Program-made: the position numbers and the translations under genes
In this document: piece by piece, positions 17,913 to 27,511 of the stretch
How the letters are laid out: every line of letters starts with the position of its first letter
How positions within the stretch are numbered: the first letter of the stretch is position 1
The notes under the pieces: model-generated
Seen by the model: only the letters and a program-made list of their open reading frames with translations
What the model was told of the DNA's origin: nothing
Database searches by the model: none
DNA from: an uncultured Chthonomonadaceae bacterium
GTDB lineage: Bacteria > Armatimonadota > Chthonomonadetes > Chthonomonadales > Chthonomonadaceae
Length of the DNA stretch: 64,000 bases
Direction: 5' to 3'
NCBI GenBank assembly: GCA_963817895.1
Contig: CAWFQB010000001.1
Location: forward strand, 960,001-1,024,000

Positions 17913-20360
17913 ATGGCAGACAAGCAGCGATTGGTCGTCATCGGCAACGGCATGGCAGGGGCGCGGGCGGTGGAAGAGATTCTGACGCGGGGCGGCGGGG
18001 AACAGTTCGACATCACCATGTTTGGCGACGAACCGTATGGCAACTACAACCGTATTCTGCTGTCCAACGTCCTCAACGGCTCGCAGGAGGCGCGAGACAT
18101 TTTCCTCAACCCTCTCGACTGGTATCAGGACAACCACATTCGGCTTCACGCGGGCGTTCGCGTGACCGGCATTGACCGGCAGGCGAAACAGGCGCGGGGC
18201 GCGGACGGAACCACGACACCCTACGACAAACTGCTGATCGCAACCGGCAGCCGCCCGTTCGTGCCACCCATCGTCGGCCTGAAGCGCGCCGATGCAAGCC
18301 CTAAACCGGGCGTATTCGTGTTTCGCACTCTGGACGATTGTACGCATATCGCCGGGTACGCCAACAAATGCCGTCGGGCAGTGGTTATCGGCGGCGGACT
18401 GCTCGGACTGGAAGCGGCGCGGGGCCTGCTCAACTACGGCGTGGAAGTGCATGTCGTCCATTTAGGCGGATGGCTGATGAATCAGCAGGTGGACGCGCAG
18501 GCGGGCGCGATCCTGAAAACCACGATGGAAAAGATGGGCATTCACGTCCATTTGGGCAAGAACACCACTCTCATTGTGGGCGAAGACATGGTGGAGGGCG
18601 TTGTGTTCGCGGATGGCGAGTCCCTGAATTGTGATATGGTAGTGATTTCCGCAGGCATTACGCCCAATGTGGAGCTGGCGCGAGAAGCGGGCCTTTCCAC
18701 GCAGCGGGCCATTATTGTTGACGACCAGATGCGCAGCGTGGATGATGCGGATATTTATGTTGTGGGCGAGTGCGCCCAGCATCGGGGCGTGTTCTACGGG
18801 CTTGTCGCGCCGCTCTGGGAACAGGGGCAGGTTCTAGCTGATCATTTGACGGGCCGCAATCCCAACGCCGCGTATCACGGCTCGAAAGTGGCGACCAAAC
18901 TCAAGGTCATGGGCGTGGAACTGGCCTCGATGGGCATTACGGAACCGACTGAACCGGGCGACGAGGTTGTTCAGTTTTCCGAACCCAAACGGGGCATTTA
19001 CAAGAAACTGATTATTCGCAACGACACGCTGATGGGCGCGATTCTGCTTGGCGACGTGAGCAAAGCCGCGTATCTGATGCAGGCGTTCGACCGGGCGACT
19101 CCGTTGCCGGAAGAGCGCACAACCCTGCTGTTTGACATTGGCGGGCCGAGCAAGCAAATTACGATGCTGGAAATGCCCGACGACGCGCAGGTTTGCAACT
19201 GCAACGGCGTGAGCAAGGGCGTACTTCGGCAATGCGTCCTGAAGGGCAAGCGGAGCGTGAAGGGCGTAATGGAGACCACGCGGGCGGGCATGGGCTGCGG
19301 CTCGTGCAAAGCCCTTGTGAAAGAGATTGTCGAATGGGCCTGCGAGGGGCAGGTGGAAGAAGACCCGTCCGTACACTACTACGTGCCGGGAATTGCCCTG
19401 CGCAAGCCGGAACTGGTTCGCGCCATTCACGAACAGCAGTTGAAATCCGTATCCGCCGTGTTTGCCGCGCTTGCCGATGGCGTGGAGGAGGCGGGCAGCA
19501 AGCCGGGACTGTCTTCCCTGCTGAAAACGCTGTGGGGCGCGGAATACGAGGATGAGCGGGACGCCCGTTTCATCAATGACCGGGTTCACGCCAACATTCA
19601 GAAAGACAGAACGTTCTCCGTCGTGCCGCGCATTTACGGCGGCGTCACGTCCGCCGCGCAGCTAAAGCGAATCGCGGAAGTGGCCGAAAAGTACAACGTG
19701 CCGATGGTGAAAATTACGGGCGGGCAGCGCATAGACCTGCTCGGTATCCCCAAAGAGGATTTACCCGGCGTGTGGCGCGATCTGGATATGCCGTCCGGCC
19801 ATGCGTACGCGAAATCGTTCCGAACGTGCAAAACCTGTGTGGGTACGGAGTTTTGCAGGTACGGCGTGGGCGACAGCACGGGACTTGGCATCAAAATCGA
19901 GCGGCGGTTTCAGGGATTGGAGAGTCCGGCCAAATTGAAACTCGCCACGGCAGGCTGCCCGCGCAACTGTTCCGAGGCGCTGGTGAAAGATGTGGGCGCG
20001 GTTGCCGTCGAGGGCGGCAAATGGGAAATCTACGTGGGCGGCGCGGCGGGGGCGCACGTTCGCAAGGGCGACCTGCTGTGCGTCGTGGACACGCACGAAG
20101 ATGTTCTGCTGCTGATTGGCCGCTTCATGCAGTATTACCGCGAAAACGCCCGCTATCTGGAACGGACGTATGGCTTTGTGGAACGATTGGGAATTGATAA
20201 AATTCGCGCTATCGTGGTTGAAGACAGCGAAGGCATCGCGGCCCGACTGGACGCTTCCATTCAGGAATCGGTAGAAGCTTACGTAGACCCGTGGAAGGAA
20301 GCCGACGCTCCCGCCACTCCCAACCAGTTCATATCCCTGCTCCCGATGGTGGCCGCCTGA
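17913..20360 (+). CDS. nirB: NADH-dependent nitrite reductase large subunit
   Basis: IGNGMAG, YNRILLS, CNC..CGSC, NIQKD.TFSVVPR, CKTCVG..C, GCPRNC. Confidence 0.97.
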   Translation: MADKQRLVVIGNGMAGARAVEEILTRGGGEQFDITMFGDEPYGNYNRILLSNVLNGSQEARDIFLNPLDWYQDNHIRLHAGVRVTGIDRQAKQARGADGTTTPYDKLLIATGSRPFVPPIVGLKRADASPKPGVFVFRTLDDCTHIAGYANKCRRAVVIGGGLLGLEAARGLLNYGVEVHVVHLGGWLMNQQVDAQAGAILKTTMEKMGIHVHLGKNTTLIVGEDMVEGVVFADGESLNCDMVVISAGITPNVELAREAGLSTQRAIIVDDQMRSVDDADIYVVGECAQHRGVFYGLVAPLWEQGQVLADHLTGRNPNAAYHGSKVATKLKVMGVELASMGITEPTEPGDEVVQFSEPKRGIYKKLIIRNDTLMGAILLGDVSKAAYLMQAFDRATPLPEERTTLLFDIGGPSKQITMLEMPDDAQVCNCNGVSKGVLRQCVLKGKRSVKGVMETTRAGMGCGSCKALVKEIVEWACEGQVEEDPSVHYYVPGIALRKPELVRAIHEQQLKSVSAVFAALADGVEEAGSKPGLSSLLKTLWGAEYEDERDARFINDRVHANIQKDRTFSVVPRIYGGVTSAAQLKRIAEVAEKYNVPMVKITGGQRIDLLGIPKEDLPGVWRDLDMPSGHAYAKSFRTCKTCVGTEFCRYGVGDSTGLGIKIERRFQGLESPAKLKLATAGCPRNCSEALVKDVGAVAVEGGKWEIYVGGAAGAHVRKGDLLCVVDTHEDVLLLIGRFMQYYRENARYLERTYGFVERLGIDKIRAIVVEDSEGIAARLDASIQESVEAYVDPWKEADAPATPNQFISLLPMVAA

Positions 20361-20773
20361 TGACAACAACACTGCAAACACCAGTGGCGGGGCTGGATTT
20401 CGCGCCCGCCAACGCGCTTCCCGACAAGGTCAGTATGTCCGAACACCCAACACCCAATACCGAACACCCAAACGAGTTCCGGCTTGGCCCACTTGCCGCT
20501 ATTCCGCCGGGGGAGGGTCGACAGTTTCAGGTGGAAGGCCGTGACATTGCCGTGTTCCACGCCCGTAACGGCAGCGTCTATGCGACACAGGCGTTTTGCC
20601 CGCATCAGGCGGGGCCGCTTGCGGACGGACTGCTTGGCGGGTCCATCATCGTTTGCCCATTCCACGCATGGAAATTCGATTTGGCGACCGGGCAGCCGCT
20701 GCTGGGAACGTGCAGTATACAAACTTATTCGGTTCGCCTCGCGGAGGATGGCGTGATTGTGCTTTCGCTGTGA
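20360..20773 (+). CDS. nirD: Rieske 2Fe-2S small subunit (NirD-like)
   Basis: CPHQAG, CPFHAW; TGATG coupling to nirB (alternative start ATG 20435). Confidence 0.88.
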   Translation: MTTTLQTPVAGLDFAPANALPDKVSMSEHPTPNTEHPNEFRLGPLAAIPPGEGRQFQVEGRDIAVFHARNGSVYATQAFCPHQAGPLADGLLGGSIIVCPFHAWKFDLATGQPLLGTCSIQTYSVRLAEDGVIVLSL

Positions 20774-20910
20774 AGCGTATCATTGCTTTATGTTGCCTGA
20801 AGTTAATGTTGGCCTCCCTCAATTCTGGAGGGAGGCTGATGTTAAATAAGATATGCGAATGGCTGTTCCCGTACAAAAACGGAAATTTTTATGATTTTTT
20901 TGACATAGCC

Positions 20911-20939
20911 TTGACAAACGGGCGTGTATTCAGGATACT
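20911..20939 (+). promoter_or_regulatory. Sigma70-type promoter
   Basis: TTGACA-17 bp-GATACT with AT-rich upstream sequence. Confidence 0.65.
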
Positions 20940-21238
20940 AGACGCATAAGACAGTTAAACATACCAGGCAATGCCGCCACGCGACGAGAAACCCACACCT
21001 TCGAGTGTTCTCATTCCGCGTGGCGTTTTCGTTTTCGCGTTTGAAATGTTTGTTGACCTGTCTGAATGTCGAAAGAGGGTGATGTATCGTTTGTAGAGAA
21101 TTGGCGTTGCGCACTCACGGACTTCTTTTTTTCCTATCTTATTCGCCAATGTCGTCGTGTCCTGAAGTTTGTTCCTGCTCAGGAAGCGTTTACTTTCCGG
21201 TTTGTCCTGTCAAACCATTTCTCTAATGGAGAGAACTC

Positions 21239-22099
21239 ATGAAGCGAAATCTTAAATCAGGTTTTACCCTGATCGAGCTGCTTGTGGTGATTGCTATTAT
21301 CGCAATCCTTGCAGCGATCCTGTTCCCGGTCTTTGCCCAGGCGCGTCAGGCCGCGCGCGGCACGTCCTCGCAAAGCAACCTGCGCCAGCAGTCGCTCGGC
21401 ATCATAATGTACGCGCAGGATTATGACGAGACATTCCCCCTTGACCATAACTGGGGCGCCAACGGCCCGATTTCCATCGGTGGCAGTGTGCTGACCATGT
21501 GGGCCTGGGACATTCTGCCGTATGAAAAGAACGTGCAAATCTATGGCGATCCGCTGTCTAAGGCGATTGCCGCCAATTTCTCGCCCGCCAGTATCTGGTG
21601 GCCGTATCTCACGCAGTACGGGTACAACTACTCGGCTTTCTCCCCCGTAACGAGTACCTCAACAACTCCCTGGACGCGCACTCCGTCCACGATGGCGACG
21701 TTGGCTCGTCCGTCCACGCTGATTATGCTTGCGGGCAAGGCGGGGTATGCCGATTTCAACAACAGCCTGTGGTGGTATGGCCCCGGCACGCTGACCACGC
21801 TGGGGACTGTGGACCCGCCCAAGTGCAGCGCCGGCCCTTCCATCATCTGCTTCGACAGTTGGGGCACGGGCGGCTTTTGGGATGCGACCTCCGGGCTGCC
21901 CGATTATGAGACCGGCCGCTATACGGGCGGCGTGACGGTTCGCAAAGCGGGCAACACAAACTGCGCGTTCGCGGACGGGCATGTCAAGTTTATTCAGCCC
22001 GGCCAGGCCGCTGTGGGAACCAACTGGAGCAAAACCACCGCTGCCTCTTCTCTCACCGTCACCGACAAGACCATTTACATGTGGGCGCCAGGACCATAA
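21239..22099 (+). CDS. Prepilin-type N-methylation / DUF1559 protein
   Basis: [47 protein letters not shown]. Confidence 0.94.
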   Translation: MKRNLKSGFTLIELLVVIAIIAILAAILFPVFAQARQAARGTSSQSNLRQQSLGIIMYAQDYDETFPLDHNWGANGPISIGGSVLTMWAWDILPYEKNVQIYGDPLSKAIAANFSPASIWWPYLTQYGYNYSAFSPVTSTSTTPWTRTPSTMATLARPSTLIMLAGKAGYADFNNSLWWYGPGTLTTLGTVDPPKCSAGPSIICFDSWGTGGFWDATSGLPDYETGRYTGGVTVRKAGNTNCAFADGHVKFIQPGQAAVGTNWSKTTAASSLTVTDKTIYMWAPGP

Positions 22100-22101
22100 C
22101 T

Positions 22102-22341
22102 ATGAAAACACGCTGCATTGCATTGCTTCTTTGTGGGATCGCCAGCGTCGCGCTGATTGGGTGCGGCGGCAAATCGGACACGGACGCGTCTGCGCCCCCT
22201 CCAGTGGCAACGGCCCCCGCTACTTCGGCTCCCGCTGCTAAGGCAGATGGGACCGCAGCCCCGTCAGGCGCCGCAAACGTCGGATTAAACCCCAACTACA
22301 AGGGTTCTGCCGATGGAGGCATAGGAGGCAAGGCCAAATAG
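22102..22341 (+). CDS. Small lipoprotein
   Basis: Lipobox LIGC, Ala/Pro-rich. Confidence 0.75.
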   Translation: MKTRCIALLLCGIASVALIGCGGKSDTDASAPPPVATAPATSAPAAKADGTAAPSGAANVGLNPNYKGSADGGIGGKAK

Positions 22342-22371
22342 TTTACGGCCCTGATTCCGCCTATTCTGAAA

Positions 22372-22413
22372 ATGCCGCGTCGTGAAGTCCATCTTCACGA
22401 CGCGGCATCTTTT
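22372..22413 (+). terminator. Intrinsic terminator
   Basis: 16-bp stem atgccgcgtcgtgaag/cttcacgacgcggcat followed by ctttt. Confidence 0.85.
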
Positions 22414-22436
22414 GCTCTCTTTCCATGCTTCACGGC

Positions 22437-22465
22437 TTGACGCGATAAAGCGCGTGTGTCATAAT
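22437..22465 (+). promoter_or_regulatory. Sigma70-type promoter
   Basis: TTGACG-17 bp-CATAAT. Confidence 0.55.
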
Positions 22466-22556
22466 CCGGTTTCTGCGGCCAAGCCGATAGTTCTTTTTGT
22501 TCTACGTCCGCAAAGTCGCGGTCGGTTGTTTCTCAAGAAAGCGCCGACCTGCCGTT

Positions 22557-23294
22557 ATGCGTCACCTTTTGCTGTGCGTTCCGAATGTTTCGGGCGACAC
22601 GCTGCAACAGAATACCCTGCTGTCACGCCTGGCCTGCGATTTGCGCGCGTCCGGCAATGATGTGGCCTGCGTCAGTCTGGACAGTCCCGCCAATGCGCTT
22701 CTGGACGCGCTACAGCAGGCGTTTGGCGGGCGTCCGCCCGATGTGATGCTTGTGGATGTGTCCCGCGCGCCCGGCTGCCTGCCCCTGCGTTATGCGCGGC
22801 GGCAGTATCAGCACGTCTGGGGGCCGGACGCCCGCTATCCTCTCAGCCTCGCTCTCTTATCTCCTGCCCATCTCGAACAGCGCGAATGGCTGCCGTATGC
22901 CGACGATTTCCTGCTTCCCACCCACACGCCGCAGGAAGCTCTGGCCCGCATCACCCAACTCGCGTTTCGGCATCGGCAAATACCCTCCGACAACCTGTTG
23001 AATTTCGCCGATCTGACGCTGGATATAGACGGCAAACGCGCGCTCGATTTGCAATCCCTGCCCCTGCCGCTCAAGCCCCGCGAGTACGAACTGCTGGAAT
23101 TTCTGGTTGTGCATCGGGGCAAATTCTTTTCGCGCGACCGCCTGCTGGATTTTGTGTGGGGCATAGAATTCGAGGGCTATGAGCGCACGGTAGATATTCA
23201 CGTCAGCCGCCTGCGTTCCAAACTGCCGCCGGAAGCCGCATCCCGCCTCGAAACGCGCCGGGGTACCGGCTACGGCTTTGCCAATGTCTTCTAA
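22557..23294 (+). CDS. Orphan OmpR-family regulator with atypical receiver (GlnR-like)
   Basis: Winged helix EYELLEFL..SRDRLL..ERTVDIHVSRLRSKL..GYGF; receiver DVMLVD..DDFLL..P.E..ARI lacks the conserved Lys. Confidence 0.85.
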   Translation: MRHLLLCVPNVSGDTLQQNTLLSRLACDLRASGNDVACVSLDSPANALLDALQQAFGGRPPDVMLVDVSRAPGCLPLRYARRQYQHVWGPDARYPLSLALLSPAHLEQREWLPYADDFLLPTHTPQEALARITQLAFRHRQIPSDNLLNFADLTLDIDGKRALDLQSLPLPLKPREYELLEFLVVHRGKFFSRDRLLDFVWGIEFEGYERTVDIHVSRLRSKLPPEAASRLETRRGTGYGFANVF

Positions 23295-23309
23295 ACAAAC
23301 GACTGTTGG

Positions 23310-23432
23310 CACCGCCAGGGATTGAAAATCTCCGTCTGAAAAAGCAAGCGTCCTGCGGACGCAACCCTGTATCCAGATTCCCGCGTCCGCAGGACGCTTG
23401 CACTTTCCTGCCGGGTGTTTTCAACACCGGCC
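23310..23432. repeat. REP-like inverted repeat element
   Basis: caagcgtcctgcggacgc ... gcgtccgcaggacgcttg; cgggtgttttcaacac shared with the 59328-59450 element. Confidence 0.8.
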
Positions 23433-23454
23433 TATTTGGATAGACTCTTAAGAA

Positions 23455-24366
23455 TTATTGACTTCCCACGCCCTTCACGCGCATTTTCATGCCGTAGATA
23501 CTTTTGCTGGCCGTGATGAACAGCGTGTGCATATCTTTGCCGCCGAAGCACACGTTTCCCGTCCAGTCCTCCGCAATGGGGATATGCTCGATCTGCTTGC
23601 CGGTTTTGTCGAAGACAGTCACGCCCTGTCCGGTGAGGTACACATTGCCCTCATTGTCAATGGTCATGCCATCAGAGCCGAGTTCGCAAAACAGATGTTT
23701 ATTCTTGAGTTCGCCATTTTTCTGAATGTCATAGGCGTAGGTTTTTTTGGCGTCTATGTCCGCCACATACAGCGTTTTGCCGTCGGGAGTGCCGATGATG
23801 CCGTTGGGCTGTGTCAGGTCGCTGACGACGCGCGTCAGTTTCTTGTGGTCGGGCGGGAGGTAGTAGACGCCGTGAACGTCCTGCTCAATCGGCCCGCGCT
23901 TCCAGTAGTCGCGCTTGTAGAACGGGTCGGAGAAATACAGGCCGCCATCCGGGCGCAGCCACACGTCGTTCGGCCCGTTGAGCAGTTTCTGGTTGTAATC
24001 CTTGATGACAACCGTTTTTTTGCCGTCCGGCGAAATGCGCCACATCTCGTTCTTTTCGTCCGCGCAGGCCCACAGGTCGCCATGCTTATCGAAGCACAGA
24101 CCATTCGAGCGTCCGCACGGCTCCATAAACTTCGTCAATTTACCGTCCGTGTCCCACTTCCAGATGCGGTCATTGGGCTGGTCGGTGAAGTATACGTTGC
24201 CATGCGCGTCCGACGCCGGCCCCTCCGTGAAGAGGAACCCGTCCCCCAACTTTTCCAGTTTGGCTCCCGATGCGATAATGCCCTGCTGACCCGCCCCGGC
24301 GATACTCGCCACAACGCCTAACGCCGCAAAACACGCCAGCGCCCCCATCCATTTCAAATGTAGCAT
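23455..24366 (-). CDS. SMP-30/gluconolactonase/LRE family protein, secreted
   Basis: FTEGP, SNGL, PND, PNGI, DGMTID; signal peptide. Confidence 0.92.
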   Translation of the reverse strand: MLHLKWMGALACFAALGVVASIAGAGQQGIIASGAKLEKLGDGFLFTEGPASDAHGNVYFTDQPNDRIWKWDTDGKLTKFMEPCGRSNGLCFDKHGDLWACADEKNEMWRISPDGKKTVVIKDYNQKLLNGPNDVWLRPDGGLYFSDPFYKRDYWKRGPIEQDVHGVYYLPPDHKKLTRVVSDLTQPNGIIGTPDGKTLYVADIDAKKTYAYDIQKNGELKNKHLFCELGSDGMTIDNEGNVYLTGQGVTVFDKTGKQIEHIPIAEDWTGNVCFGGKDMHTLFITASKSIYGMKMRVKGVGSQ

Positions 24367-24545
24367 TTCGTGTAAACTCCGTTCACTGGTGATTGGTGGC
24401 TGGTGGTTGGCTGCCGCGCCAACGAAATACGCCTTCCAATCCGCATGATATTCTCTGCAAGGTAGATACGACACAAGGGTCGCAATGCCCTGCACAGTAA
24501 GGAAAGATATGGTAAGATGCTGAAAAAGATGCGAGGAGACATACA

Positions 24546-25763
24546 TTGAAGTACGGGAGACAGGTTAGAAAATTGGCGATACCGGCGGCAGGGGTGTTGT
24601 GCCTTCTGATTTTGCGAAGCGGGCAGGCGCGACAGAAACCGTCCCTGCCCGCGCAAAACACGACTGCGAAATGGACGCATGGACTGCCCGCCCGTCCCGA
24701 CTATTTTCCCATTGCCGTGTGGCTGCAAAGTCCCGCCAATGCGGCGAAGTACAAAGCGGCGGGTATTAACCTCTATGTCGCGCTGTGGCAGGGGCCGACG
24801 GAAGAGCAGCTTGCCGCGCTCAAAGCCGCCGGTATGCCGGTGATTTGCGAACAAAACGCGGTCGGATTGGCGCACAAAGACGACGCTACGATTGTCGGCT
24901 GGATGCACGGCGACGAACCGGACAACGCGCAGGCGATACTCGATCCCAAAACCGGCAAGACGACGTATGGCCCCTGCATCCCGCCTGCTCGCATCGTTGC
25001 GGATTACGAGAAGTTGCGAGCGCAGGACCCCACGCGCCCCATTATGCTGAACCTGGGGCAGGGCGTGGCGAATGATAGTTGGATGGGACGCGGCGCGGGC
25101 GCATCCCTGAAGGATTATGAAACGTATGTCAACGGCAGCGATATCGTCTCCTTCGACGTGTACCCAATCGCGGGCATGGACAAGACCGACGGGGAGAATT
25201 ATCTGTGGGTTGTGCCAAAGGGCGTGGATCGGCTTCAACAATGGACAGGCGGACGCAAAACCGTGTGGAACTGTATTGAGTGTACGCGCATCGGCAGCGG
25301 CAAGAAGCCCACACCCGAACAGGCCCGCGCCGAAACATGGATGGCGCTGATTCACGGTTCGCGCGGCCTGATCTACTTTGTTCATGAGTTCGCGCCGAAG
25401 TTCAACGAACACGCCCTGCTCGACGACCCGGAAATGCTGACAGGCGTGACCGCGACCAACCGGCAAATTCAGACGCTCGCGCCGGTTCTGAACAGTCCCA
25501 CTCTGCCGTCCGAGGCGGCTGTCCAATCCTCTTCCACGCAAATGCCCATTGATATCATGGTAAAGCGGCAGGGCAAGGCGACCTATGTTTTTGCAGTCGG
25601 GATGCGCAACGGCAACGCGCAGGGAACTTTCACGCTTCACAATCCGCCCCCGACTGCGCATGTCGAAGTGTTAGGCGAATCGCGAACGCTTCCTATTATA
25701 AAGGGAGGGTTCACGGATGCTTTCAAACCCTATGCCGTACATTTATACCGCATTGCGCCCTGA
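24546..25763 (+). CDS. Secreted glycoside-hydrolase-like TIM-barrel protein
   Basis: Signal peptide; GWMHGDEPDN, SFDVYP, WNCIE, ALIHGSRGLIYF. Confidence 0.7.
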   Translation: MKYGRQVRKLAIPAAGVLCLLILRSGQARQKPSLPAQNTTAKWTHGLPARPDYFPIAVWLQSPANAAKYKAAGINLYVALWQGPTEEQLAALKAAGMPVICEQNAVGLAHKDDATIVGWMHGDEPDNAQAILDPKTGKTTYGPCIPPARIVADYEKLRAQDPTRPIMLNLGQGVANDSWMGRGAGASLKDYETYVNGSDIVSFDVYPIAGMDKTDGENYLWVVPKGVDRLQQWTGGRKTVWNCIECTRIGSGKKPTPEQARAETWMALIHGSRGLIYFVHEFAPKFNEHALLDDPEMLTGVTATNRQIQTLAPVLNSPTLPSEAAVQSSSTQMPIDIMVKRQGKATYVFAVGMRNGNAQGTFTLHNPPPTAHVEVLGESRTLPIIKGGFTDAFKPYAVHLYRIAP

Positions 25764-25875
25764 CCAGCCCACCGTCAAGGTAGGGGCGCTGCTTGCTGCG
25801 CCTTTTGGGAGGAGGGTTCAGCAAGCAGAACCCCTACAAATTACCCTCACGTTCACCCTTGACAGACTACTCGCC
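25764..25875. repeat. GTAG-type REP pair with degenerate outer inverted ends
   Basis: GTAGGGGCGCTGCTTGCTGCGCC ... GGGTTCAGCAAGCAGAACCCCTAC; outer ccgtcaagg/ccttgacag; same family as 44316-44520. Confidence 0.85.
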
Positions 25876-25876
25876 A

Positions 25877-27028
25877 CTAGCCACTCTGATTGCGCCCTTT
25901 CCATTGCCCGCCCTGCCCCCGATGATGCCGCCATGCGGAGAGCAGCGTTGCCCACAAATACAGGCAGGCCGTGAGCGGTAGCGCGAAGGCCCACAGGGGA
26001 GAACGGCGATAAAAGCGCAGCATGGGAAGGTAGGTCGCGCTCATCAGCAGCCATGTTACGGCGCCCAAAACGGCAGCCCATCCACCGGCAAGCAGCAGCA
26101 GGGGCGGCAATAGAAACGTCAGAAACAGGCCGAACACGCAGCCGAACAGACGCAGGGGCGAGTAGTTCAACTGCGTGTACGCGGTACGGGCGATGACATG
26201 AACGATTTCGGACAGGCTGCCGTAACGGCGCGTGCTTGTGGACGTGTCGCTCAGGCCGAGCCAGATGTTATGCCCGCCCGACTTGACCGCCCGCGCCAGA
26301 GCGCAGTCGTCAATCAGTTCGTTTTGGATCGTCGTCAGCCCGCCGATGCGTTCCAGAGCGGTTCGGCGCAGCAGCATCGCGCCGCCCGCCGCGCCCGCGA
26401 GGGGATTGCGCCTGTCGTTGACGCGCCGGAACGGGTACAGCATCTTGAAGAAAAACACGAACGCGGGGATCATCAGTTTTTCCGCCCGCGATTGGCATTG
26501 CAGGCGCACCATGAAGGAGACGAGATCGCAGTTCCCGGCGTGGGCGCGACTGACCATTTCCCGTACCGCTCCCGCTCCGCGCGTAATGTCGGCGTCGCTG
26601 AACAAAACATATTCTGCCCCATCCCCGCCGTCCAATCCCCGTGTCATGCCCTGCTGCATCGCCCACACTTTGCCCGTCCAACCCGGCGGCAGGGGTTGCG
26701 CGGCCACAATTCGCAAATCCGCGTCCCGCCCCAAATCGCGCGCCGTTTGTCGCGCGATTTCCGCCGTGCCGTCGTCGCTGTGATCGTCCACAACCACAAC
26801 GCGCAGAACAGTGGGGTAGTCCTGCGCCCACAGCGAGCGCAGGGTGTCGCCGATGCATTCCGCCTCATTGCGGGCGGGAATGAGGACGGTCACGCGGGGC
26901 CATTCGGGAGGCGCGGGCGGAACCAATTCCCGGTCTACGCGCCAGAAACCGCCCTGCGCGAAGGCCAGCGCAAGCCAGATAGTCGCCACAAGCGCGGCAA
27001 GCAGCAGCCAAAGAGTGTTCAAAGACAT
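25877..27028 (-). CDS. hpnB: Hopene-associated glycosyltransferase, HpnB family (GT2)
   Basis: IPARNEA, DDHSDDGT, LPPGWTGKVWA, AGAAGG, IDDCALA, WKGR. Confidence 0.82.
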   Translation of the reverse strand: MSLNTLWLLLAALVATIWLALAFAQGGFWRVDRELVPPAPPEWPRVTVLIPARNEAECIGDTLRSLWAQDYPTVLRVVVVDDHSDDGTAEIARQTARDLGRDADLRIVAAQPLPPGWTGKVWAMQQGMTRGLDGGDGAEYVLFSDADITRGAGAVREMVSRAHAGNCDLVSFMVRLQCQSRAEKLMIPAFVFFFKMLYPFRRVNDRRNPLAGAAGGAMLLRRTALERIGGLTTIQNELIDDCALARAVKSGGHNIWLGLSDTSTSTRRYGSLSEIVHVIARTAYTQLNYSPLRLFGCVFGLFLTFLLPPLLLLAGGWAAVLGAVTWLLMSATYLPMLRFYRRSPLWAFALPLTACLYLWATLLSAWRHHRGQGGQWKGRNQSG

Positions 27029-27511
27029 GCCACAGCATAGCCCAAAAACCTGACAGTCCGCAAGTTCCGGCGGGCATAAGGCAGGGACGCATCAAATGGG
27101 AAAAGAAAAAGAGTATGTAGAGACAGCGTCGAAATATTGGCAATGCAGCGCTTCCAGCCCGGTGTCTCGTTGTGTCAAGTTTTTATGTAGAGGCGTCGTG
27201 ACCTCAAGCGCGTCAAGGCGAACGGGGAGAGTGACCAGGCATCTTCCAGCACCTCCCTTCCAGGTTAGATTGTCGAGAGTTCATCGTTGCCAGGAACTCC
27301 GAACTTTCAACATCCCGCCGCCTGGCTAGTTAATACACGCCATTAGTAGACGTGAGTATGCGTTTAGACGAGGCGAGCGCAGAAAATGTTCATTGTTTCC
27401 GCTATTTACGCCGAAACTTTTCTACATTTCTGCGCATCTTTTCTGAAATGAGCAACAAGGAGGAGGGCGCAGGCGCAGCACAGTGACGAATGACCCGCGA
27501 CGGGAGAGAGG

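Noticed and set aside
27030..27510. Gene or ncRNA in the hpnB-GT intergenic region
   Set aside because: No convincing ORF, repeat or recognisable RNA structure.
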